Source of the DNA: Negaprion brevirostris
Taxonomy: Eukaryota
NCBI GenBank assembly: GCA_030324005.1
Contig: JARDVH010000194.1
Span: 4,130,181-4,194,180 of the forward strand
Length of the DNA: 64,000 bases
Reading direction: 5' to 3'
In this document: one piece after another, positions 51,067 through 64,000 of the stretch
Position numbering within the stretch: the first letter of the stretch is position 1
Layout of the letters: each line of letters starts with the position of its first letter
The notes under the pieces: model-generated
Database searches by the model: none
Seen by the model: only the letters and a program-made list of their open reading frames with translations
What the model was told of the DNA's origin: nothing
Position numbers and translations under genes: made by a program

Positions 51067-52330
51067 GGTAAGGAGAAATTACATACTATAAGACTTGAAA
51101 ATCATGGGACCAATTTGTCCTTATCTATTCTTCCCAGGCCCCTGAGGATTTTGTACACCTTCATCAATACTCAAATTCAAAATTAAAGAAAAAAAAAACT
51201 TCTAAAAGACCTCAGGATGTTCTTTAATTTTATGTATTGGTAACATTTTGTGTCCCCTTTTCGCTCTTCTATTAAGTTTTATCTTGCACATTTTATACTC
51301 CTTCAGAGCTTCTACTGTTTCGAACCATCGATGTCCACCACAAGCCTCCTTTTTTTCTCCTTATTCAATGTGGTATATTCTTCCCTATCAGTATTCACTC
51401 AATTAAAATTTCCTACCGTTTTACTCTCTTGGAATATGTTATTCCTCCAATCTCCCTGTTTCCATTTTGAATGCTGTTCTACCATAGATTTAAATAAAAT
51501 TCTCCGTTCAGAATCTACTCTGGCCAACCTATGTCTGATCTCATTAAAATAGCTTTGATTTCTGGCCAATATGTGTCCTTTCCCACAACAATTTTGAATA
51601 TATCTGAGTTATTATTGCTCTCTGCCAAATGTTCCCCCAAGTACTTCAATCATTCGCTCCGGGGTCCTTACCTGAAACTCATTCCAAGAGCTTCTACAGT
51701 CTGGCTTCAATGTTTCTCCTGAATGCATTTTGAGGAGAGTTATGCCTTTCTCAAGCTTTAACATCACAACAACCTACTTAACTTCGGAAGCTGAAATGCC
51801 CCACTATTCCTACCCTATTTCTTTCATACACCTCCGAGGTTTCCCTACAAATCTGCTCCTTTTTTTCTCAGACTGGTAGAACCATTGAATCCCCACAGTG
51901 CAGGAAGAGGTCACCCAGTTCATCGAGTATGCACTGACTCTCGGTCGGAGCTTCCCAGTCAGGTGCTCCCCTGCAACTCATCCACATAACCTCGCACACT
52001 TACCCTGGGCCATCGAGCTCATCTACAGGTCTTCGGACACCAGTGGACAACGACGCATGATCAATCTACCTAAGTTGTACAACTTCGGACTGTGTGAGGC
52101 AAATGGAACATCGGGAGCAAGCCGATGCAGGCACAGGAGGATGTGAAATCTCCATATAGACAGTCACACAAGGCCACAAATTTACCTGGGTCCCTGGCAC
52201 TCCGAGTCAGCAATGCTAATCACTGAGCCATTTAGAATGGTTTTCAAGCCTTACAGTATGTCATCTCTCCTTACCGCCACAATTGGTTCCCTGATCCCCC
52301 TCCACTTTCACCTTCTTCCCTGTCCATCCT
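51067..52330. repeat. Duplicated block (old CR1 plus SINE), paralogous to 62747-64000
   Basis: Both copies start ggtaaggagaaattacatactataagacttgaaaatcatggg and stay colinear, including the embedded minus-strand SINE. Confidence 0.9.
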
Positions 52331-52735
52331 ACGTGCTGAAATATTCATCTTCCTATCCTTTCCCTCTCTAAATCATGTCACAGTGGCATCAATTACATCA
52401 TATCCCCATGTTTTGATTTGTGCCTCAACTCATCTGCTTTGTTCGTGTTCGTCAAAGTCCACACATTAAATTCACTACAATCCAATCTTGGCAAACTCCC
52501 TTCTGTCTTAAAAGGCCTCGAAAGTCTACATCTTCCTGACTCACTCGTTTCGATTTCTAATTTAGGCCTTGCATCTCCCTCTTTTCAACCTTCTCTCGGG
52601 ATTTCACTCCCCGACCAAGTTAATGTCAACTCTCCCCCACAGGATGAGCAAATCTCCCTGAAAAGACGCTGATTCCATTTTGTTTCAGCTCCTTCAGCTC
52701 AGCACAGATTACACCGTCTCCAGAAGTCACATCAA

Positions 52736-53074
52736 TCATAGAAACCCTACAGTACAGAAAGACTCCATTCGGCCCAACATGTCTGCACCGATCACAATCC
52801 CACCCAGGCCCTACCCCGATATCCATCCACATTTTACCCACTAATCCCTCTAACCTCCACATCTCAGGACACTAAGGGGCAATTTTAGCATGGCCAATCA
52901 ATCTAACCTGCACATCTTTGGACTGTGGGAGGAAACCGGAGCACACGGAGGAAAACCACGCAGACACAAGGAGAGTGTGCAAACTCCACACAGACAGTGA
53001 CCCAAGCCAGGAATCGAAGCCAGGTACGTGGAGCTGTGAAGCAGCAGTGCTAACCATTGTGCTGCTGTGCCACC
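52736..53074 (-). mobile_element. Full-length tRNA-derived SINE
   Basis: Family body with tRNA-like head at 53074 and catagaaaccctacag tail. Confidence 0.85.
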
Positions 53075-53419
53075 AAATGTAGTAGAGATATAAAATTCTT
53101 CCTTCTGCACCAAATCTGCGATCATGCATTGGACTGTCCTTATGTTTCTGAATTCATTAGCTTGCAACACCGGAATTAATTCAGAAGTTACTACCATAGC
53201 TCCCTATGTTCTGCTTGCAGGACCTCACCGCTTGTCCATCGCTGCTACCAACATGTGCCATGATATCTGCCCGTTTTTCCTCCAGCTTCAGAATGCTCTG
53301 CTACCGCCCAGTGACAACTACAATTTTATATCTGGCACCTGGGAGGAAATATGCCATCATGAAGACTCAGTTGTGGCCGCATCAAATCTTTTCCCCTTAC
53401 AAATGAATTCCCTAAAGCT

Positions 53420-54460
53420 ATAAGAAGGATGTGGATACATTCGAGAGAATGCAAAGGAGACTTACCAAGATGCTGCTTGGTTTGGAGGGTACGTCTGATG
53501 AGGAAAGATTGAGGGACTCTCTTGAGAGTGGAGGAGGATGAGAGGCCAATTAATAGAAGCTAATTCGATGATGAGAGGGATAGATAGAGTCGACGTGCAG
53601 AAACAATTTCCCCAGGTGGATATAGCTGTTACTCGGCGGCATAATTTTAAGGTTCATGGTGGGAGATATAGGAGGGGTGTCTGAGGTACGTTTTTAACTC
53701 AGAGAGTGGTTGGGGTGTGGAGTGGACTGCCTGCTCCTGATAGCGGAGTCGGACATTTTACGAACTTTCTAGCGGTTACTGGGGAGGCACATGGAGAACA
53801 CCAGAATGAGAGGGAGTGCGATAGCTTGATCTTGGGTTCGGACATAGCTCAGCACAACATCGAGGGCCGGAGGGCCTGGACTGTGCTGTACTGTTCGATG
53901 TTCTATGACGTTGGTGAGACCACATTTGGAATATTGTGTTCAGTTCTGGTCACTTCACTATGAGAAGGACCTGGAAGCATTGGAGAGACTGCAGAGGCGA
54001 TTTGCCATGATGCTGCCTGGTTTGGAGGGTAGATCTTATGAGGAAAGGCTGAGGGAGCTGGGGCTTTTCTCTTTAGAGCGGAGGAGGATGAGAAGCGACT
54101 TAATAGAGGTTTAGAAGATGATGAGGGGGATAGATAGAGTGGACGTGCAGAGACTATTCCCTCGGGTTGATGTAACTGTTACTAGGGGGCATAACAATAA
54201 GGTTCATGATGGGAGATATAGGAGAGATGTCCGAGATAGACTCTTCACTCAGAGACTGGCTGGGGTGTGGAATACACTGCCTGCTGTGATCGTGTAGTCG
54301 GACACTTTAGGTACTTCCAAGCGGTTATTAGGTAGGCACATGGAGCACACCAGAATTATAGGGAGTGAGATAGCTTGATCTTGGGTTTAGACAAAGGTCG
54401 GCACAACATTGAGGGCCGAGGATCTATCCTGTGTTGTACTGTTCTATGTTTTATGTGTCC
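53420..54460 (+). mobile_element. Two head-to-tail CR1 3' fragments (53420-53907 and 53908-54460)
   Basis: [18 protein letters not shown]...RSDLIEV; each copy ends in a ctgttc[gt]atgtt tail. Confidence 0.85.
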
Positions 54461-54929
54461 CTGACACTATGAGGCACTATTGCTGCACTCGGTGAGTGGC
54501 GCTTAGATTTCCTTGAGATCTCCTCTCATTCTGCTGAACTCCAGAGAATGTATCAAATTTAGTCAGCGAGGAATCATAGGACAACACCCTCATCCCAGAG
54601 AAGTATTGAGTAAACCTTTGTTGAAGTGTCTCCAATACAAGTTGACTCCATCCTCTCTCCGCTGATACAGTCAGACCTGTTATGATTTTGCAGGATTTGA
54701 TTCAGATTCCAGCAACTTCAGTGTTTTGCTTCTTTCTGTCTTAAATGTGTTTCAGATGTGTCTCAACAAAATCCTGAACAACTGAAAGAAGATGTAAAAC
54801 ACTTAAATAAAAAATTAAGTCCGTGCTGAAGGCTGGAAGAAGAATGTGACTGTCGATAATTGGCACTGTGTACATTCCTGTAATCAGTAAGTAGCAGGAT
54901 TAGGAAGATGAGATATCCGTGTCTTTTTA

Positions 54930-55440
54930 TACAGTCCATCTGCCACTTCTCCGCCCAGTCTTGCATCCTATCTATGTCTCGTTGCATCTTCTTACATCCC
55001 ACCACACTATCCACAACACCTTCAACCTTTGTGCCATCGGCAAACTTAACAACCCATCCCTCCACTTCTTCATCCAAGTCATTTATAAAAAATCATTAAA
55101 AAAGGGTCCTCGAAGAAATCCCTGCGGCACTTCACTGGTGGCCGACCTCCATGAAGAAAAAGACCCATTTACATCCGTTCTTTGCCTTGTGTGGGTAAAC
55201 ACAGTAAGAAGTCTGACAACACCAGGTTGAAGTCCAACCGATTTATCTGATAGTAAACTCCCAAGCTTTCGAGGTTTACCTCTACGTCAGGTGAATTGTT
55301 AAACCTGGTGTTGTCAGACTTCTTACTGTGTTTACCCCAGTCCAACGCCTGCATCTCCGCATCATGACTTGTGTGTGTAAGCCAGTTCTGGATCCACAAA
55401 GTAATGTCCCCTTGAATTCCATGCCCCCTCACTTTCTCAG
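54930..55440 (-). mobile_element. CR1 RT fragment with a nested palindromic Penelope-derived insert (55193-55367)
   Basis: VKFADGTKV...QRDIDRMQDWAEKWQM; the insert is flanked by a CTTGTGT target-site duplication. Confidence 0.85.
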
Positions 55441-56811
55441 GACACTACAACATTGTCCTGTGATAGTGGAACCCGGATTGCCCATTGGTTCAGGATTAAT
55501 ACTTTTAACAGCACATCTCGGGCTCAAATTAAAATGTACAGAATCAATTACATAAATTAATATAAATATGACGTTTTAATCGTTGAATGATTTCAAGAGG
55601 GAGATCGGCTTGTTTCTGATATAAAAGGGAAATGGAGAAAAGGGGAGCAAGTGGGGAGTTGGATGTGAGACCAAAGTGAGGTCAGACATGATCTTACTGA
55701 ACGGCGGAGCAGACAGGGGTGATTTTGACTATTCTGCTCTTAATTCCGATGTTCCTATGTTCTAGTTCCAAAATTATAAGAGTTCCTGTTAATTATTCAT
55801 GCCATTGGGTCAGGAGAATGTTGTTAATATTCACACACTGTTCATGGGCACTGCAAAAGCTAACATACCTCTTTTAATATTGATTTTTTGTTTAAACTCA
55901 GAGGTTTCAAAAAGAGAATTGGAAAAATCACTTGACAATGCAGGATATTGATGAAGGCCAAAGACATTGAACTAACAGGTTCAGTTTTTGAAAACAAATA
56001 TCATAGGCATGAAGGGTCGATTGGTCTCATGCTGTGTTGTGTCATTTTACAATTTTATTGTTCAATTAATTTCTCTACAATATTCCAAAATAACCTGTCC
56101 AATTTCTATCTTTGTAAAATAATTTTCAGAATCTCGGCATACCTGCACAGACTGAAATGTAGCTTTGCATACGTGCTTGTGTAATGTGCTGGGTTTCACA
56201 CTCACCTTACACACAAAGGACTCTACCTTCCGGTCAAACGCGGCAGTCATGTTGACAAATTATTTCAACTTCATAATGAGAAAAAGTTCAATTAATCGTT
56301 GATTTACCACGAAGTATTTACTGGCTGTTGAGTAATTCTATCTTTTATGATTGTAAGTCAGGAGGCAAATGAATGAAAAGAAAAGAGAAAGAGCTATGAT
56401 CGAGAGCAAGGCAGAATGATGAAATGACACAAGGGATAATGGACAAGACAACATTGACCAATGATAGTGGAACCCAGATGGTCCATTGGTTCAGGGTTAA
56501 TGTTTTGCCAGCACATCTCGGGTTCAATTTAAGCTGAATAATCTTTTTTCTAAACAGATTATTGTATCTGAGAAACTTCTCTGTTGTGGAAGGGACCACG
56601 AGGAAGACAATAGGTAAACGGGTCATTTTCCGCTCAGCGGTTTTTGGGCGCGAGAGAAGCAGAAAACAGGTACAATTTTCTGTTTAACTTTTATATTTTT
56701 ATTTTAAAGTTNNNNNNNNNNNNNNNNNNNNNNNNNNNNNNNNNNNNNNNNNNNNNNNNNNNNNNNNNNNNNNNNNNNNNNNNNNNNNNNNNNNNNNNNN
56801 NNNNNNNNNNN

Positions 56812-57590
56812 TACCAAAATGCATCACTTCGCATTTATCCGGATTAAGTTCCATCTGCCATTTCTCCGCCCAATTATCCGGCCTATCTATATCCTGAAGT
56901 ATTCTCCGACAATGTTCATCGGTATCCGCAAGTCCAGCCATCTGTGTGTCATCCGCAAACTTACTGATCACACCAGTTACACCTTGTTGCAAATCATTTA
57001 TATTTCTCACAAATAGCAGAGGTCGCAGTACAGAGCCCTGCAGAACACCACTGGTCACAGACCTCCAGCCGGAAAAAGACCCTTCCACTGCTACCTTCCA
57101 CTGTCTTCTGTGGCCGAGCCAGTTCTCTTCGCATCTAGCCACCTCTCCTTTTATCCCATGAGATTTAACCTTTTGCACCAACCCGCCATGAGGCACTTTG
57201 TCAAACGCTTTACTGAAATCCATATATATGACACCCAAGGCTGTCCCCTCATCAACCATTTTTGTCGCCTCCTCAGAAAACTCCACCAAAATTGTGAGGC
57301 ACGACCTCCCTTTTACAAAACCATGCTATCACGAATGAGATGATTCCGTTCTAAATGCGCATACATCCTATCTCTCAGAATCCTCTCCAACAATTTCCTT
57401 ACCACGGACGTTAAGCTCACCGGCCTTTTATTACCTGGGTTATCCTTGCTACCTTTCTGAAATAACAGCACCACATTCGCTATCCTCCAATCCTCAGGGA
57501 CCTCACCTGTGTCCAATGAAGAGACGAAGATTTCTGTCAGAGGCCCAGCAATTTCATCTCTTGTCTCCCTGGGCAGTCTAAGATAGTGGA
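56812..57590 (-). mobile_element. CR1 ORF2 reverse transcriptase fragment
   Basis: PEDWRIANVV, YMDFSKAFDKVPH, SGVLQGSVL and SKFADDT motifs. Confidence 0.92.
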
Positions 57591-57638
57591 TTACTTTGGG
57601 TTTGTAATGCATCTACAGGCAGATAGGCTGGAAAGGCA

Positions 57639-57957
57639 ATTATAGCACTGTATATTTCCAGACTAATCCCAGTGTTCGATGCTATGCCATAAATCTCGTA
57701 TCATTTCCACACTACTCCCAGTTCCATAGGCTCATATATAGCCCTGAAGTTTGCACAGATGAGTTGGAACCATAGAACCACAGAAAATTCTGAGCTATAA
57801 CTTTCTATGGTTCGATGGCTCTGTGGTTCTAACTGACCTGTATAAGCTTGAGGGTATTTATGAGCCTGTGGCAGTGGGAGTAGTATGGAAATGTTACGAG
57901 ATTTATGGCATAGCATCGGGCACTGGGACTAGTCTGGAACAGATACAGTGATATAAT
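57639..57957. repeat. Long imperfect palindrome (arms ~150 bp)
   Basis: For example cgatgctatgccataaatctcgta vs tacgagatttatggcatagcatcg, and ttccagacta/tagtctggaa. Confidence 0.9.
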
Positions 57958-58830
57958 GATGCGTATGTGGGACAGTGACATTAATCTGTAAATGATGCAG
58001 GGATAATGAGAGCGGGAAACGTAATTGGATTGGCTTGGTCTTGCTGCACTGTTCTTAGAGAGACTTGAATATTGTTGTCCACAGCGAATTATCGTCTCTT
58101 CTGAGGAAAGTAAAAAAAAAGTGATGTAAAGGCTACAGTCATATCAGCAGTGGACCTATTCTATGGCTCGAGCTTTTTAATAATCTTCTGCTCCAATGAT
58201 GATATTTTGATTATGATCAATATGGATTAATACATGACTGTGGGAATTGAGAGGAGTAATGGAATGAGTTTGGAATTGATAAAGGGCGAGGAGAAAGACG
58301 GGATATTGGGTTTATTTTTGGATTGCTCAAGACAATTTTTGAAAAGTAGATATTTAAGTTATGTTGATATCGGTGCAGGGTTGTTACGAGGGACAGGAGT
58401 CATGCAATTTGTTTCAGATTGATTTTGGATCATGTGGCGAGAGTGTGGCAATAGATTTTGTCTGAGCCTCATAAAGAACGGAGAAACTGATAGTGACAGA
58501 GAGAGGCATGGAATTAGAAAATAACAGGGACATGGAACGTCCCTGCTTTGGATTGTCGGAGTAATTATACTCTGTGGCGAAGCTCGACCAGTACCGTTAA
58601 TTTAAGAGTATTGCAATGTTGTGGGGGAGAGAGGGCTTTGAGATTAGTTTCTGAATTGGGAGACAGGCATTGCGGGAGTGTCAGGAAGTGGTATTAGTTT
58701 GTAAATTGATACAGAGCTATGGGATAGAGTGAAACAGTGGAATTTGATTGTTAACTGATACACAACGATGTGACAAAGGCGGCAATGTGGGATTCTAATG
58801 GCGTTGACAAAGAACTATGGGGGAAACAAA
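57850..58830 (+). repeat. Degenerate ~45-nt minisatellite
   Basis: Recurrent units resembling gggagagagcagg-agtgggattagtttggaattgatacagggctat. Confidence 0.5.
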
Positions 58831-59466
58831 AATAATGTAATAAACATGTTTCATGAAACAAAGTAACTGAAATGCCATATTCCTATATCCATTGTGGTTA
58901 GTAAATATCAGTGATAATTAATGGCTTCTCAGTCGGTTTCCTTTTTTTCCTGAACAGTCAGTCGCCATGGAAACTGTTCGAGGCCACTATCAGCAGCAGG
59001 CAAGTTTCCTGAACAGATTCTCTGAACTTGTCAAGCTCGCATTAACGGAAAGGAAGCCATTGATCATTCTCAGTTAATCCCAGACAGATAACGGCCACAT
59101 CATATAGAATCACGAAGGGAGAGAAAGAAAAGCTCCAAAAAATTTCTGATGCAGAGAAGGGCGATATATATTGAGCACAATAACATTAAGATAAATTTGG
59201 AATTGTACTGAACATTTGAATTCCATTCTCCCAATGAATTCCAAAGCTGCATCTCAAACAGTTTAACATTTCATTCCTTAAGCCATTGTTGCCTGATTTA
59301 GCATGCTTCCTTTATTAAACATTGATTTACGCTGCTCTGGGGGAACGAGTTACAGTAGATCATCGTTTTGCCCAATAAAGTATTAATTTCTAAAACAAAA
59401 TCCCTGGCTTTATTGAAAGAACTAAGACAAACTTGTCTAAAACTGGAGTTTAAGCTTTCTTAAGCA

Positions 59467-59800
59467 GGTGGCATAGTGGTTAGCACTGCTACTCCACAGA
59501 CCCTGGGACCTGGGTTCGATTCACTGCTGGGGTCACGGTTTGTGTGGAGTTTGCACCTTCTCCTCGTGTCTGTGTGGGTTTCCTTCGGGTGCTCCGTTTT
59601 CATCCCACAGTCGAAAGATGTGCGGGTTAGGTTTGATTGGCCATGCTAAAATTGCCTTATTTTCCTGAGATGAATAGGTTAGAGGGATTAATGGGTAAAA
59701 TATGTAGGGATATGGGGTTAGGGCTTGGGTGGGATTCTGGTCGGTGCAGAGTCAATGGGCCGAATGGCCTCTTTCTGGACTGCAGGGTTTCTACGATTTC
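59467..59800 (+). mobile_element. Full-length tRNA-derived SINE
   Basis: ggtggcatagtggttagcactgct (A-box), gggttcgatt (B-box) and family body. Confidence 0.85.
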
Positions 59801-60202
59801 TTTCACAATATTCAAAGCAACACGCACAAGAATTGGATACACAACAGAAATCTCCATGATTGAAATAAAACTGGCACATTTCTTAGCATTACTCGGTGGC
59901 AGTTTTCTTTAAGGTCTCGAAATTATGTTATTATTGTGAACATCATCATTACAATTAAAATGATATTTCTCATCATCAATATCGATCTCATTCTTGACAT
60001 GTTTCCTACTTTTTGTGCAAAATACCAACACGGATCAGAACACACAACCTGTGCAGTGAACCAGCTACAGTAATTTCACGATGCTCTATTAAGATGTCAA
60101 AATTTACAGAATAACACTTCAAAATTCAAGCACAAAAATGTTGTCCTGTATTCATCAAACTGACATGTGTAAGGGTTCCATTCCTTAACCATGTGTCTTC
60201 TT

Positions 60203-60487
60203 GGGTAGCAAATGGTTTGCGCAGCATCAGGGACCTGGCTTCGATTCTCAGCTTCGCTCACTATCTGTACAGAGTCTGCATGTTCTCCCCATGTCTGCGC
60301 GTGTTCCCTCCGGGTGCTCCCGTTCCCTCCAGTAATCCGAAATACATGCTGGTTAGGTGTATTAGATACGCTAAATTCTCCATCAGTGTACCCGAACAGT
60401 CGGCAGAGTGTGGCGACTCAATGATATTCACAGTAATGTCATTGCAGTGTTCAAGTAAGCCTACGTGTGACGTTGATAAATAAAATT
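60203..60487 (+). mobile_element. tRNA-derived SINE (second subfamily)
   Basis: gggacctggcttcgattc...aaattctccatcagtgtacccgaacag...gataaataaa; same subfamily as 44519-44808. Confidence 0.7.
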
Positions 60488-61019
60488 TAAAGTTGTATTC
60501 CGGGACTGTAGTTGTGAATTGTTTGCCGTTCTTCGTCTGTACTCAGTGGTCGTCTCGCCTGATGAAAGTAAACAGTTCTGTTCTTCCACCTTCCGATGCT
60601 CCCTGATTAATACTATTTGTCAACAAAATGAAGCGCCTCGACGATGGTAGACCATGATATTCTCCAAACAGCCATAGAGTAATACTTAACTCCTCGAAAC
60701 TGTGGATTGTGAATTACATTTGGTCAGAGAAGAAAAAAAAATGAAAGGTAGATTTTTATATGTAGAAGCACTTTGGCATGCAATTTAAAATATTGTAACA
60801 AGCCAAGGAGGTAAGTAGGTGTTTTATGCTGTTTCTGAACCTCTTCTACTTTATTCACTCTCATAGAATCCCTACAGTGCAGAAGGAGGCCATTTGGCCC
60901 CTTGAGCCTGCACCTAAAAAAATCCCATTTGTTCCCCGAACCCCATGAATTTACCCCACTAATTGGACAGTGAGGTTCCATTTAGCATGGTCAATCAACT
61001 TAACCTCTTTGGAGTGTGG

Positions 61020-62745
61020 GAGGCACTGCATTGCCCTCATCTACATTCTTGGCTACTCCTTCAAAAAACTCAATTAAATTTGTGAGACATTATTTTCCAC
61101 TCACAAAGCCAAGCTCACTGTTCCTAATCAGACCTTGCATCTCGAAATGCCTGTCAGTCCTATCTCTCAAAATACGCTCCAACAATTTACCAAGCACAGA
61201 CGTGAGGCTCTCTGGCCTGTAGTTCCCAGGCTTTTCCCTGCAGCCGTTGTTAAACAAAGGCACAACATTTGGCACTCCAATCTTCAGGCACCTCATCCAT
61301 GACTACCGGCGAGTCAAATATCTCGGCGAGGGGACCCATAATTTACTCCCTCGCCTCCCACAGTGTCCTGGGATATATCTCATCAGGTCCCGGAGATTTA
61401 TCTACCTTGATGCGCTTTAAGACACCCAACACTTTCTTGTCTGTAACATGTCCAGTACTCAAGGCATCACTATTTATTTCCCCAATTTCCCGAACATCCA
61501 TTCTTTTCTCAACAGTAAACACTGATGAGAAATATTCATTTCGGATCTCACCCTTCCCTTCTGGATCCGGATATAGATGACCTTGTTTATCCTGAAAACG
61601 CCCTAGTCTCCCTTGTTACTCTGTTCCTCCTTATGTATTTGGAGAATCTCTTTGGATTCTCCTTTGCCTTATCTGCCAAAACAATTTCGTGTCTCCTTTT
61701 TGCCCTCCTGATTTCTCTTAACGGTACTCCTACATGCCCTATACTCGAACAGGGATTCTCTTGATCGCAACTGCCTATGCATGTCATGTGCCTCTGTTTG
61801 CTTCTTCACCAGGGTCTCAGTATCCCGAATCATCCAGCGTTCCCAACTTCTGCCAGCTTGCCCTTCTCTCTAAGAGGGATGTGTTTACCCTGAACCCCGG
61901 TTAACACACTTTTGAAAACATGCCACTTACCAGACGTCCCTTGCCTTCTCACAGACTACCCCAATTAACTTTTGAAAGTTCCTGCCTGATACCATCAATT
62001 GGCCTTGCCCCGATTTAGAATTTTAACTTTTGGGACAGACCTATCATTCTCCATAGCTATCTTAAAACTAATAGAATTATGGTCACTGGTTTCAAAGTGA
62101 TCCTTCCCTGACACTTCTGTCACCTGCCCTTCCTTATTTCCAAACAGGAGGTCAAGTTTTTCCCCCTCTCTAGTCGGGCCATCCACAAACTGAATGAGAA
62201 ATTCCTCCTGAATACGCTCAACAAATTTCTCTCCATCCAACCTGCAAATACTACGGCTGTCCCAGTAAATGTCGGGAAAGTTAAGATCACCTACTATTAC
62301 CACCATATTTTTCTTGGAGCTATCTGTAATCGCCTTACATGTTTCCTCCTCAATTTCCCACTGTCTATTTGGGGGCTTACAGTACAACTCTATCAAAGTA
62401 ATTACCCTCTTCTTATTTCTCAGTTCCACCCATACAGACTCAATGGCTGAACCCTCAGATATGTCCCTCTCAGTCGGCCGTGATGCTTTCCTCTGTCAAA
62501 AGTGCAACTCCCCTTCCTTTCTTACCTCCTGTTCTATCTTTCATATAGCTCCTGTACCCTGGAACATTAAGCTGCCAGTTCTGTCCCTCCATTAGCCATG
62601 TTTCCGTAATTCCTATCATGTCCCTGTCCCATGTACCCATCAAAGCCCTGAGTTCATCTCTCCTGACCATCAGGCGTCTTGCATTGAAATTGATGCAGTT
62701 TAATCTGGACTTCCCTTGCTTTCTGTCTTGCTTTTGCCTGATCTG
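61020..62745 (-). mobile_element. CR1 LINE ORF2 5' part (APE endonuclease to RT start), degenerate
   Basis: IGITETW, RGVALL, VIVGDLNFPDI, LDLL and TSDHNSISF endonuclease motifs; ENPKRFSKYI and PGNYRPESLTSV. Confidence 0.92.
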
Positions 62746-64000
62746 CGGTAAGGAGAAATTACATACTATAAGACTTGAAAATCATGGGACCAATTTGTCC
62801 TTATCTATTCTTCCCAGACCCCTCAGGATTTTGTACATCTTCACCAAATGCTAAAGTACAAAATTAATGAAAAAAAAACTTCTGAAAGACCTCAGGATGT
62901 TCTTTAATTTTATGTATTCGTAACATTTCTGCCCCTTTTTCGCTCTTCTATTAAGTTTTGTCTTGCATATTTTATACTCCTTCAGAGTTTCCACTGTTTC
63001 GAACGTTCGATGTCCACCACAAGCCTCCTTGTTTTTTTTCCTTATGCAATGTGGTATATTCTTCCTTCTCAATATTCACTCAATTAAAATTTCCGAAAGT
63101 TTTACTCTATTGGAATGTGTTATTCCTCCAATCTCCCTGTTTCCATTTTGAGAGCTGTTCTGCCATAGATTTAAATAAAATTCCCCGTTCAGTATCTACT
63201 CTGGTCAACCTATGGCTGATCTTATTAAAATAGCTTTGATTTCTGGCCAATACGAGTCCTTTCCCACAACAATTTTGAATATAACTGAGTTAATATTGCT
63301 CTCTGCCAAATGTTCCCCCCAATACTTCAGTCACTTGCCCCGGGGTCCTTACCTGAAACTCATTCCAAGAGCTTCTACGGTCTGGCTTCAACGTTTCTCC
63401 TGAATGCATTTTGAGGAGAGTTATGCCCTTCTAAAGCTTTAACATCATAACGACCTTCGTTAACGTCGGAAGCTGAAATGCCCCACAATTCCGAGCCTAC
63501 TTCTTTTATACACCTCGGACACTTCCCTACAAATCTGCTGTTTTTTTCTCAGACTGGTTGGACCACTGAATCCCCACAGTGCAGAAAGAGATCATCCAGT
63601 TCATCGAGTTTGCACTGACTCTCGGTCGGAGCTTCCCAGTCAGGTGCTCCCCTGCAACTCATCCACATAATCTCGCACACTTACCCTGGGCCATCGAGCT
63701 AATCTACAAGTCTTCGGACACCAATGGACAACGACGCATGATCAATCTACTAAGTTGCACAACTTCGGACTGTGTGAGGAGAATGGAACATCGGGAGTAA
63801 GCTGTTGCAGGCACAGGAGGATGTGAAACCTCCGTACAGACAGTCATGCGAGGCCGGAAATGTACCTGGGTCCCTGGCACTCCGAGTCAGCAATGCTAGT
63901 CACTGAGCCATCTAAAATGGTTTTCAAGCCTTATATGTCATCTCTCCTTACCGCCACAATTGCATCACTGATCCCCCTCCAATTTCACCTTCTTCCCTGT

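Noticed and set aside
4299-56847. ORFs in the track containing long X runs
   Set aside because: Artefacts of translating through 100-N scaffold gaps.
1-64000. CRISPR array or prokaryotic operon
   Set aside because: The sequence is vertebrate, with introns and LINEs; no regularly spaced identical repeats.

Overview
Fragmented scaffold (15 gaps of 100 N) from a cartilaginous fish (shark) genome. Its core is a germline IgNAR heavy-chain-only antibody cluster on the + strand (~20.6-40.9 kb): octamer/TATA promoter, leader, two visible RSS-flanked D segments, J, C1 (two diverged copies), C2 (one partial, one full), C3, the start of C4 and a terminal VK-stop membrane exon. V, probably D1, C5, the secretory tail and TM1 are not visible and are presumed to lie in gaps. 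The flanks hold two tandem GPR139/GPR142-like GPCR pseudogenes and many CR1 LINE, tRNA-SINE and Penelope-like fragments. The most unusual object is a ~1.48-kb minus-strand insertion (1721-3203) that splits the first GPCR pseudogene. It is an ORF-less element joined at the canonical R2 site of 28S rDNA, with 28S sequence on both sides. It starts with an HDV-like ribozyme whose P1 strand comes from 28S, followed by two further tandem, diverged copies of the same fold. It reads as a non-autonomous R2 derivative whose self-cleaved RNA was copied into an ectopic site. Comparisons to 28S, R2, HDV and IgNAR references are from recall, not from alignments, and repeat boundaries are approximate.
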